DNA of 54,447 bases from Planctomycetota bacterium (GTDB taxonomy: Bacteria; Planctomycetota; Planctomycetia; Pirellulales; S012-138), in assembly GCA_024279285.1 (NCBI GenBank), contig JAJRRR010000004.1, forward strand, positions 1 to 54,447, read 5' to 3'. The notes beneath the pieces were generated by a model. The model saw nothing but the letters and a program-made list of their open reading frames with translations, made no database searches and was not told the DNA's origin. Position numbers and translations under genes: made by a program. Of this stretch, positions 9,164 through 17,220 are shown piece after piece (position 1 is the stretch's first letter; each line of letters opens with the position of its first letter).

Positions 9164-10321
9164 TTATTCCACCGGATCGCCGGCAAACAGGTGGCAGTAG
9201 CTTTCATAACGCCGTGTGTCGATCAAATAGTCGGCCACGGCGTTTTTCACCGCGCAGTGGTCTTCGTTGATGTGGGTACAGTCCGGATAGCGGCAGTGAT
9301 TGACAAAGGGCCTCAGGTCGCGGAAATAACCGGCGATTTCTTCCGGGGCGATGTCCCAAAGCTCAAACTGACGCACCCCGGGGGTGTCCACCACCCAGCC
9401 TCCAAACTGCAAGGGATACAATCGGGTGGCGGTAGTGGTGTGGCGGCCTTTTTGGGTTTCGGGGCTAACGGGCTGCACGCGGATGTTGAGCCGTGGGTCG
9501 ATGGCGTTCAGCAGCGAGGATTTGCCCACGCCGCTTTGCCCAGCCAGCACGGTTTGCTTGTCGCGCATCAGCTCCATCAGCCGCTGAAGACCAAACCCGG
9601 TGGTGGCCGAAACCAGCAGCACCTCATAGCCCAACTGGGCGTACAGTCCCACCAGCGGTTGCAACTCCGCAGGATCAACCAGGTCGACTTTGTTGATGAG
9701 GACCACGGGCTGGATGTCGGCTTTTTCGGCGGCTACCAGGAGGCGATCAATGAGATTGGGTTTCAGGGGCGGCAGGGCAGCACTTGTGACGATGAGCAAC
9801 TGGTCCACATTGGCCACGATCACCTGTTCCCGACCGCGGCTGGCCCGACTCAACACCCCCCGACGCGGTTCCACACGCACGATCAACCCTTCCGGCTGGG
9901 TTCCAGAGGCGGGCAGGGGCTTGAACAACACCCGATCCCCAGCGGCCAGAATGTTGCGCTCATGGGTGCCCAGGGTCTTCAGAAGCCGCCGGACCATGCA
10001 GCGATAAATGGTTCCATCGGGGCCCTGAACATCGCTGACTAGCCCTCCTACGCGCAACACCCGACCTTGCAGACACTGGGACTCGTCCACATCCAGAAGG
10101 ACCGGCACAGGTGAGTCTTGCTCGGACAGTTCCTGGCCCACTACGGTGCGCTTGCGGCTCACTTCGCCTTTGCCGGAGAGTCGTTCTTGGGCCAGCAGAT
10201 CATCGGCTTGTTCAAACTCGCCGGGGTCCAAGTCCCGAAACCGCTCCCGATGACGAGCCCGAGTGGTCCGATTCTTGCGAAACTCCACACGGAGTTTTTT
10301 CTTCTTTTTTTTCTTGCCCAT
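9164..10321 (-). CDS. rsgA: Ribosome small-subunit biogenesis GTPase RsgA with a basic poly-Lys N-terminal extension
   Basis: Circularly permuted GTPase motifs (INKVDL...; LAGQSGVGKSSLLN; VDTPG) and the C-terminal zinc motif (CRYPDCTHINEDHCAV). ATG at 10321 gives MGKKKKKKKLRVEF. Confidence 0.9.
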   Translation of the reverse strand: MGKKKKKKKLRVEFRKNRTTRARHRERFRDLDPGEFEQADDLLAQERLSGKGEVSRKRTVVGQELSEQDSPVPVLLDVDESQCLQGRVLRVGGLVSDVQGPDGTIYRCMVRRLLKTLGTHERNILAAGDRVLFKPLPASGTQPEGLIVRVEPRRGVLSRASRGREQVIVANVDQLLIVTSAALPPLKPNLIDRLLVAAEKADIQPVVLINKVDLVDPAELQPLVGLYAQLGYEVLLVSATTGFGLQRLMELMRDKQTVLAGQSGVGKSSLLNAIDPRLNIRVQPVSPETQKGRHTTTATRLYPLQFGGWVVDTPGVRQFELWDIAPEEIAGYFRDLRPFVNHCRYPDCTHINEDHCAVKNAVADYLIDTRRYESYCHLFAGDPVE

Positions 10322-10444
10322 GGTGCAGCTTGGATTCAGGGCGCAACTTGCCAATGGGGCAGAGCCCAGGCCAGTGTACACAATTCTCTCCTAGCCCGGG
10401 AGCTGTGCGCGTATTGCACCCGGAGGGAAATCGCTTTTTTGTTT

Positions 10445-10966
10445 TTACAGGGGGCGTTGGCTGTGTTGCCGGGAAATGAAACTTTCGTCCAGTTCTTCAT
10501 CAGGACGGATGCGTCGGGGTTGATCTTCTTCGTAGGGGGCGGGCTCTTGGCCCCGACGACGCTTCTTAACCAACCCGGCTCGCTCCAACAAAGACTGGCG
10601 AAACACACTGGTAACCTCGTCGTCGGGAGGTGGGCCCACGGCCCCTAGCTTCTGCGGATCATATTGCACCCGATACTTGTGTCGGGCAATGGACAGAACA
10701 TCGTCCGGATCAATCCGCTTTTCGCCCACCTTGACCCGTTTGCCGTTGACCTTCACCCCGTTGCGGCTGTTCAGGTCGCGCACATACCAATAACCTTCGC
10801 GAAGGAAAAGCTCGCAGTGATGGGCCGAGACATTGGGAAAGCGCAACACAATGTCGCAGCTTTCACGCCGGCCGACGAGGAGCTTTTTTTTCAGCAACGG
10901 GATGGGATCTCCACCACCCAAGGGGATGAGCATCCCCAAGACTTGCCGCTTCTCTTGTTCCGCCAT
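10445..10966 (-). CDS. FHA-domain protein
   Basis: LLVGRRESCDIVLRFPNVSAHHCELFLREGYWYVRDLNSRNGVKVNGKRV is a canonical FHA core. AAGGAG lies 6 nt upstream of ATG 10966. The longer track ORF starts at a TTG. Confidence 0.8.
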   Translation of the reverse strand: MAEQEKRQVLGMLIPLGGGDPIPLLKKKLLVGRRESCDIVLRFPNVSAHHCELFLREGYWYVRDLNSRNGVKVNGKRVKVGEKRIDPDDVLSIARHKYRVQYDPQKLGAVGPPPDDEVTSVFRQSLLERAGLVKKRRRGQEPAPYEEDQPRRIRPDEELDESFISRQHSQRPL

Positions 10967-11095
10967 GGACGCTCCTTGTATGATTTCCATGAAGACGCTA
11001 CCCCTGCCTTCAGGCCCGAGTACCGGCCTCCTTGGGGGTAAGAGGAATGAAATAAGTCCAGAATAATAACGCCTCTTTTGTAGTCTAAGAATCCG

Positions 11096-12085
11096 GTGGC
11101 TGATCGTCAATTGTCCGTTTGTGGCTCAAGTGCTGAAGTGCCTGCGTGGCGGCAGGCAGGGCTGCGGTATTATGCTTACAACTTCTACCTTCAGCAGCGG
11201 TTCGGTCAGCGAGTGCAGCGGATAAGTTTGGACGGGGGATTTACCTGCCCGAATGTGGACGGCACGGTGGCCGTGGGTGGGTGCGTGTTTTGCGACAATC
11301 GGTCCTTCAGCCCCAGTCGTCGCCTCCCCAGACGCACCATCCGGGAGCAATTGGAAGAAGGCATCCGCCGCTTGCAACGACGCTACCCGGGCGTGAAACG
11401 CTTCATTGCCTATTTCCAGCCGGCCACCAACACCTATGCCCCGGTGGAACGGCTGCGCCGGCTTTACTACGAAGCATTGGACCATCCCCAAGTGGTGGGC
11501 TTGGCCATCGGCACCCGGCCCGACTGCGTGCCCGAGGATGTGCTCCAACTGCTGGAAGAAATCGCCTCGCAAACCTACCTGTCGGTGGAATACGGCTTGC
11601 AGACCATTCACGATCGCACGCTGCGGTGGATGAACCGAGGACACGACTATGCCGCGTTTGTGGACGCCGTGCAGCGAAGCCGCCACCGGGGATTTGAAAT
11701 CTGTGCTCATGTGATTTTGGGCCTGCCCGGCGAGTCCCACCAGGACATGATGGCCACGGCGGACGAAGTGGCCCGATTGGGCCTGGATGCCGTGAAAATC
11801 CACAACCTCTATGTGGTGCCCAACACTCCCTTGGCCGAACAATACGCCCAAGGGGAAGTGCAACTGCTCACCCGAGAACAATACATCCACGCAGTGGTGG
11901 AGTTTCTGGAACGCTTGCCGCCGGAGTGCGTTGTGGAGCGGGTCAGTGGGGACGCCCCCCCTCAGTATCTCATCGCTCCCCAGTGGTGCCTGGAGAAAAA
12001 CGCCTTGAGAGACGCCGTGGTGGAAGAGCTTCGGCACCGCGACAGTTGGCAAGGCAAACGCTGCCGCTACTTGCGCAGCTTGTAG
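11096..12085 (+). CDS. Radical SAM protein, TIGR01212-like family
   Basis: FTCPNVDGTVAVGGCVFCDNRSF cysteine cluster, then ...YFQPATNTYAP...EYGLQTIHDRTLRWMNRGH..., typical of the TIGR01212 / YhcC-like group. GTG start. Confidence 0.85.
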   Translation: MADRQLSVCGSSAEVPAWRQAGLRYYAYNFYLQQRFGQRVQRISLDGGFTCPNVDGTVAVGGCVFCDNRSFSPSRRLPRRTIREQLEEGIRRLQRRYPGVKRFIAYFQPATNTYAPVERLRRLYYEALDHPQVVGLAIGTRPDCVPEDVLQLLEEIASQTYLSVEYGLQTIHDRTLRWMNRGHDYAAFVDAVQRSRHRGFEICAHVILGLPGESHQDMMATADEVARLGLDAVKIHNLYVVPNTPLAEQYAQGEVQLLTREQYIHAVVEFLERLPPECVVERVSGDAPPQYLIAPQWCLEKNALRDAVVEELRHRDSWQGKRCRYLRSL

Positions 12086-12555
12086 CGACGGCGCCGGAGC
12101 TGGGAAAACCGCTCCATGTCCATCGGATCTGCATTCTGAGCTGAGGCCGAGGAAGCCTTGAACCGGGGGTAGGCAACTTTTGGACTAAAGAACATCACAT
12201 CCTGGGGAGCATGCCCTTCCCAAGCACAAGCCCGGCATCGCCCCCGGTGCCATGGTGCCCGCAGGTGAAAAGGATCCGGATGAGCCAGCCCTCCTAGCCA
12301 ACGAAACGGAATCCACTCTAGCCACTTTGGCCTGGGAGTCCAAGGCACCTGATTGCTCCACATCACAGGCTTGGCTTCTCCATAGCGGGCGTCGTACTTG
12401 TCCACATTCAACGCATAAGACTGGCTGCCCAAGTACCATTGGGCTCGAGCTTCTTTGCTTCCAATCAACCATACAAGGCCAAACATCGCACAAAGCACCA
12501 GCGCCCGGTTCAGACCACCCAGGCGTTGCTGCGTCGTTGAGGATGGAACAAACAT
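12067..12555 (-). CDS. Hypothetical Trp/Arg-rich protein with an N-terminal membrane anchor
   Basis: ORF 12067..12576 (TTG); the first ATG is 12555. It has a hydrophobic segment ALVLCAMFGLVWLIGS, and I recognise no family. It is the most protein-like of three overlapping ORFs here. Its 3' end overlaps the radical SAM gene by 19 nt. Confidence 0.4.
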   Translation of the reverse strand: MFVPSSTTQQRLGGLNRALVLCAMFGLVWLIGSKEARAQWYLGSQSYALNVDKYDARYGEAKPVMWSNQVPWTPRPKWLEWIPFRWLGGLAHPDPFHLRAPWHRGRCRACAWEGHAPQDVMFFSPKVAYPRFKASSASAQNADPMDMERFSQLRRRRYKLRK

Positions 12556-12823
12556 GGTTGGTCTCAACTTGTTCAAAAAAGGATTTTCCTTTTCCCTGGA
12601 GATCGAAGCTCTTGTTGTCTTTTTCGGTTTTCACAGGGCGAAGAATCTGCACAAAAAGCAAACTCGGTTTAATTGGCTTCGTGGTCGGTGTTGAAACCTG
12701 CTGGAAGTCAAGGCGTTCAGGCTTTCTGGCTTGCTTTTGCATGGTTCTGATGCCGTCGGTACACTCAGAAACGCTTGCTTGGCTTGCATTGCTTGTTTTC
12801 CCACGGGAGGTTTCCCTTTACAG

Positions 12824-13972
12824 ATGGTTCAGCGATGTGAGGTGGCGGTGGTTGGCTTGGGCGGGGTGGGCTCGGCCACCTTGGCCCATCTGGCCCAGCA
12901 GGGGGTGCGCGCACTGGGCCTGGAACAGTTTGATCCGCAGCGTTTGGGCAGTTCCTCACGCGGGCGCACCCGAATGATCCGATTGGCTTACTTTGAACAT
13001 CCGGACTATGTGCCGCTTTGTCGGGCCAGTTTTCGGTTTTGGGAACAACTGCAAGAGCAATCCGGCACGCGGCTGCTGGTGCTCACCGGATTGCTTCAGG
13101 TGGGGGAACCGGACTCGGAAGTGATCCAAGGAGTGCGACGCAGTGCCCAACAACACCGCTTGTCTGTTGAGCAGCTTGACCGCGAGGAGATTCATCGTCG
13201 GTGGCCAGGGTTTCGGGTGCCCGAGGGATGCCTGGGCCTGTACGAAACCCAAGCCGGATTCCTCTATGTGGAACGGTGCGTGCAGACTATGATACGACAA
13301 GCTCTCGCCCACGAAGCTCAGGTGCTCTGGAAAACCCAGGTAAAAAGCTGGCAGGTCCGCTCCGGCCAGGTGGTTCTGCACACCACGGCCGGAACGGTGG
13401 AAGCCGAGCAAGTCGTCTTCTGCGCCGGAGCCTGGCTCCAGCAGTTGGTGCCGCAATGGGCAGCCAGGGTTCGCGTGGTGCGGAAACCCCAATACTGGTT
13501 CAGTGCTCCTGGTGAGCTTTACGGACACCATCGGGGGTTTCCGGGTTTTTTGTTTCAGCTCCCGCAGGGGGTGTTTTACGGATTTCCGCAGGAGAATGCG
13601 GTTTGGGGGCTGAAGGTGGCCCAGCATTCCCACGGTCGCCAGCTCCCTTCGGCCCAACAGCAGTTTGACCACCTGGACCCTGATGATCTGTCCTCAGTGG
13701 TTCAATTCGTGCGGCAGTGTTTGCCTGAGGTCGGAAGGCACCTTCGGGCCCATGTACCGTGCATGTACACACTCAGCCCCGATGGGCACTTTTTGCTGGG
13801 TCAGGTGCCGCAGGCACAGGGACGGGTTTGGGTCATAGGGGGGCTTTCCGGACATGGGTTCAAGTTCGTCGGCGTGTTGGCCCAAGCTGTGGCCCAACTC
13901 GCCTTGAAACAAAAAACCCACCTCCCGGTGGGTTTTCTTAGTCCGAGGCGGTTAGGTCCGCTTAGCGGTTGA
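12824..13972 (+). CDS. FAD-dependent N-methyl amino-acid oxidase (monomeric sarcosine oxidase / N-methyltryptophan oxidase-like)
   Basis: CEVAVVGLGGVGSATLAHLAQQG is a dinucleotide-binding GxGxxG motif. The C-terminal GLSGHGFKF motif is typical of the SolA/MSOX family. Confidence 0.8.
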   Translation: MVQRCEVAVVGLGGVGSATLAHLAQQGVRALGLEQFDPQRLGSSSRGRTRMIRLAYFEHPDYVPLCRASFRFWEQLQEQSGTRLLVLTGLLQVGEPDSEVIQGVRRSAQQHRLSVEQLDREEIHRRWPGFRVPEGCLGLYETQAGFLYVERCVQTMIRQALAHEAQVLWKTQVKSWQVRSGQVVLHTTAGTVEAEQVVFCAGAWLQQLVPQWAARVRVVRKPQYWFSAPGELYGHHRGFPGFLFQLPQGVFYGFPQENAVWGLKVAQHSHGRQLPSAQQQFDHLDPDDLSSVVQFVRQCLPEVGRHLRAHVPCMYTLSPDGHFLLGQVPQAQGRVWVIGGLSGHGFKFVGVLAQAVAQLALKQKTHLPVGFLSPRRLGPLSG

Positions 13973-15239
13973 TATCAAACCCAAAGGTCAAACCGTGAGC
14001 AAACAGATACTGCCGATTGTTGTCCCGAAGAATGCCAAAGTAAGGGAAGGTGTAATTGATCATGCTGGTGGGCCGAGCCACCCCGTCCAGGATGAACCCT
14101 CGCCAACCGGCACGAATGCTTATAGAGCGCGTTAATTGATAAGAGTACAAAAACCCGAACTCAAACATCGGCACAAACTCCACCTTGGCCCAAGTGTCGC
14201 TGACCGTATCCGAGGAGATGCCCACCAGCGAGGTGCCGATGTCTGGAGGAGTATCGGCGTTCTGGTTGGGAACGACGAACCGGATGGACTGGTCCATGAA
14301 GGTCACCCGTTGGCGGATTCGCTGGAAGTTAAGAGCAAACACGAATCGGCCGTCCATGCGGAATCGCCACCGTCGGGCTTGACGCATCCAGCTTGCTCCG
14401 AATTGCAAAGCGACCATGTTGTTCTCGGCGGCGTTGGAGATTTTCAGTTTGGACAACGGGCCTCCGATCCCCTCCACGATGAACTCCTCGTCCAAGTTCA
14501 AATACCTCAGCCCCCAGAAGGTTTCCCAAAAACCTCCATAGTGGGCCCGAGGATGCCGCGTAATCCAGTTAAACTCCGCTGTCCAAAACTCAGTTTCCAA
14601 AGTGGCCGTCAGGGAGTTGAACACGATCACTGGACGAATCGTGTCGTCAAAGTCCGGTTGTACCTGCGTATCCGGCTCTCCGTCCGCGTCGGAGTCAAAC
14701 CCATGGCGACCAAAGATTCCATCCCCGTCCAGATCGTCATCAAACCCGTCGCCGTTGAAGTCCACAAAAGTGCTGATAAATCCTTGAGGATCGGCCAAAG
14801 ACATTTCGGTGGAACCGTTCACGATGGACTGCTTGACATTGTTCAGGTCCAAGGTGCGGACCACCCAGCCGTGAGAACCTTCAATGTAGCCAAACTGGAT
14901 CAACTGCCCGCTGTGCCGAGGGTTTTCAAAAAAGCTGGTGTCCAGGGAGTTAATAGCTGGGCGCAAAATGCCGCCGGGGAACGGAGGGTCTTGTACCAAA
15001 GGATTCACATTCGGATTGCCAATCACGGCGCTTTCCGGGGAACTCATCCACCATTCCAAATAGTCCAGCGTGAGAAAGAACCCTTCGTTGTTCCACGGGT
15101 GGCGGTCAAAGACGCTGATTTCGGCCTGGGCAAAGGGTTGCACTTCGCCAATGTAATACTGTTGGGCAGCAACGGGAGCAGTTCCCGCTAGCACAATGGC
15201 CATCAGGCCCCAGCCAATCCAATTGCGCTTGTTCAACAT
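13962..15239 (-). CDS. Exported outer-membrane beta-barrel candidate (BBP7/DUF1551-like) with an acidic Asp-rich insertion
   Basis: Signal peptide MLNKRNWIGWGLMAIVLAGTAPVAAQQ. The second half shows alternating aromatic/hydrophilic beta-strand patterning (FVFALNF, FEFGFLYSYQL, LTFGFDINR). The track start 15248 is GTG; ATG is at 15239. Family assignment is from memory of the PVC BBP7 family and is not verified. Confidence 0.6.
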   Translation of the reverse strand: MLNKRNWIGWGLMAIVLAGTAPVAAQQYYIGEVQPFAQAEISVFDRHPWNNEGFFLTLDYLEWWMSSPESAVIGNPNVNPLVQDPPFPGGILRPAINSLDTSFFENPRHSGQLIQFGYIEGSHGWVVRTLDLNNVKQSIVNGSTEMSLADPQGFISTFVDFNGDGFDDDLDGDGIFGRHGFDSDADGEPDTQVQPDFDDTIRPVIVFNSLTATLETEFWTAEFNWITRHPRAHYGGFWETFWGLRYLNLDEEFIVEGIGGPLSKLKISNAAENNMVALQFGASWMRQARRWRFRMDGRFVFALNFQRIRQRVTFMDQSIRFVVPNQNADTPPDIGTSLVGISSDTVSDTWAKVEFVPMFEFGFLYSYQLTRSISIRAGWRGFILDGVARPTSMINYTFPYFGILRDNNRQYLFAHGLTFGFDINR

Positions 15240-15418
15240 GGACAGCACTCCGCTGCGTGCGGTTCCTCATCTCCGGATGGAAACAGCGGTTTTTCTCTCT
15301 GTGCGGATAGTATCGGTCATTCCTGCCGCAGCAGTTGAACCAGAAAAGCCGCCAGGGGGGATTGCTCCGCCACTTCAGATCAATCGGCTCAGGCTCTCAA
15401 GAAGGCATTCGTCCGGCC

Positions 15419-16030
15419 TTAGCTGTCTTTGCCAGCAATCAGGACTTTCGCTGGCGGATAAGTGCGAACCTGCCAAGCAAACTCCTGGGGAAGCTCCGCA
15501 GGTGGGAATCCTTGGGGAGCTTCCACCACCAGCACGCTACCCTGAGGAGCCCGAGCCCCAGTCCCAGCTATCAACTCCACCAGTTCGCGGCGTTTTTCTT
15601 CAAAGAGCCGATAGGGGGGGCAGAAGAACACCATCCACCCACACTGGGGCAAGCGGAGCTTGGGCAGCAAGGCAAAGGCATCACCAAAGAGGATGTGTTC
15701 TTGGGCGTATTGTTCCCCGGCCAGTTGGCCAACATTTTCCCGAAGTACCGCTAGCACTCCCGGATGACTTTCAATCCAAGTGGCCCCGGCAGCTCCACGG
15801 CTCAGGGCTTCCAGGCCCAATGCCCCCGTGCCAGCAAACGCATCCACGGCCCAACTTCCCGGGACCCAAGGAGCCAGGATGTTAAAGAGGGCTTCTCGGG
15901 TGCGGTCTTTCATGGGCCGCACCTCCAGCCCTTGGGGAACTTTCAACCGCCGACTGCGCCACCGTCCGGCGATGATTCGCACCCAAGCCGGCCCCGAGGA
16001 GGGCCTTTTCTTCCTCACGCGGCTTGCCAT
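15419..16030 (-). CDS. rsmD: 16S rRNA (guanine966-N2)-methyltransferase RsmD
   Basis: RIIAGRWRSRRLKVPQGLEVRPMKDRTREALFNIL...VDAFAGTGALGLEALSRGA...FCPPY contains the characteristic RsmD motifs, including the (D/F)PPY-type motif. Confidence 0.85.
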   Translation of the reverse strand: MASRVRKKRPSSGPAWVRIIAGRWRSRRLKVPQGLEVRPMKDRTREALFNILAPWVPGSWAVDAFAGTGALGLEALSRGAAGATWIESHPGVLAVLRENVGQLAGEQYAQEHILFGDAFALLPKLRLPQCGWMVFFCPPYRLFEEKRRELVELIAGTGARAPQGSVLVVEAPQGFPPAELPQEFAWQVRTYPPAKVLIAGKDS

Positions 16031-16080
16031 GATGGTCTCCAGGAAGCAGGACCGTTGGCCACGCTGTTGGCAGGAGGGCG

Positions 16081-17121
16081 ATGGTGTCCAATTCTGTCAT
16101 TGTACTGGACGGTTCCCAAGGGGAGGGGGGAGGGCAGGTGCTTCGCACCGCCGTGGCATTGGCGGCGTTGACGGGCCAGGCGGTTCGGGTGGAGAACATC
16201 CGCGCGCGGCGAAAAAACCCCGGCTTGCAACGCCAGCATCTGGTGGCTATCCAAGCCGCCGCTCAACTGTGTTGCGCTGAGCTTTCCGGAGCCCAACTCC
16301 ACAGCCGCTCCTTGGAGTTCCGCCCGGGAAAAATCCAGTGCGGGAAATTCCGCTTCCAAATCGGCACGGCCGGAAGCTGCTCGCTGGTGCTGCAAACACT
16401 GCTGCCGCCGCTGTGGCATGCCCCAGGAAACACCCAAGTGGAAGTGCACGGTGGGACCCATAACCCCCTGGCCCCGCCGTTTGAGTTCCTCCGCGATACC
16501 TTCGCCGCCACGCTGGCACGACTTGGAGTCCAACTCGGCTTGGAACTGGTGCGTCCGGGGTTCTATCCGGCCGGAGGGGGATGCATCCGGGCAAATGTGC
16601 AGCCGGTCAAACGCTGGACACCTCTGAAGCTCACCCAACCTGGAGAGCCTCAGATTGAAAAGGCCCTGGTGTTGATCTCGCGCCTGCCCAGCCACATTGC
16701 CCAACGGGAAAAACGCCGCCTGGTGGAGCGACTCTCCTTGGAACCGGAGCAGGTGGAGATAGTCCGTCGGGACGACTCGCTCGGGCCAGGCAATGCCGTG
16801 CTGGTTTATGTCAACACAGGACTGGTGATGGAAGTGTTTACCGGATTTGGCCAACGCGGCAAACCAGCTCCCCAAGTGGCCGACGAAGCCGCCGGGCAGG
16901 CGCTGGAGTTTCTGGAAGCCCAGGTGCCCGTGGGCCCCTGGCTGGCCGACCAACTCCTCATCCCCTTGGCCCTTTGTGGCCAGGGGGAGTTCCTCACTTG
17001 CCAGCCCAGCTTGCACACCAAAACCAATGCCCAAGTGATTCAGCGCTTTCTGCCTGTGGAGTTCCAGTTCCAGCAGCGTGGTTCCAACCAGTGGCTCATT
17101 CGGGCCCAAGCCCGAGCGTGA
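16081..17121 (+). CDS. rtcA: RNA 3'-terminal phosphate cyclase
   Basis: VIVLDGSQGEGGGQVLRTAVALAALTGQAVRVENIRARRKNPGLQRQH... plus the later ...GPWLADQLLIPLAL motif, typical of RtcA. Confidence 0.9.
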   Translation: MVSNSVIVLDGSQGEGGGQVLRTAVALAALTGQAVRVENIRARRKNPGLQRQHLVAIQAAAQLCCAELSGAQLHSRSLEFRPGKIQCGKFRFQIGTAGSCSLVLQTLLPPLWHAPGNTQVEVHGGTHNPLAPPFEFLRDTFAATLARLGVQLGLELVRPGFYPAGGGCIRANVQPVKRWTPLKLTQPGEPQIEKALVLISRLPSHIAQREKRRLVERLSLEPEQVEIVRRDDSLGPGNAVLVYVNTGLVMEVFTGFGQRGKPAPQVADEAAGQALEFLEAQVPVGPWLADQLLIPLALCGQGEFLTCQPSLHTKTNAQVIQRFLPVEFQFQQRGSNQWLIRAQARA

Positions 17122-17220
17122 ACCCACCAGGCCCTTTAACCAGGGAGAGTTTCCGAATACCCTCTGGGAAAAGGGCTGTTTGCCAATGGGGTGCCCTGAC
17201 ACCACAGGAAGGAGTGTGTC

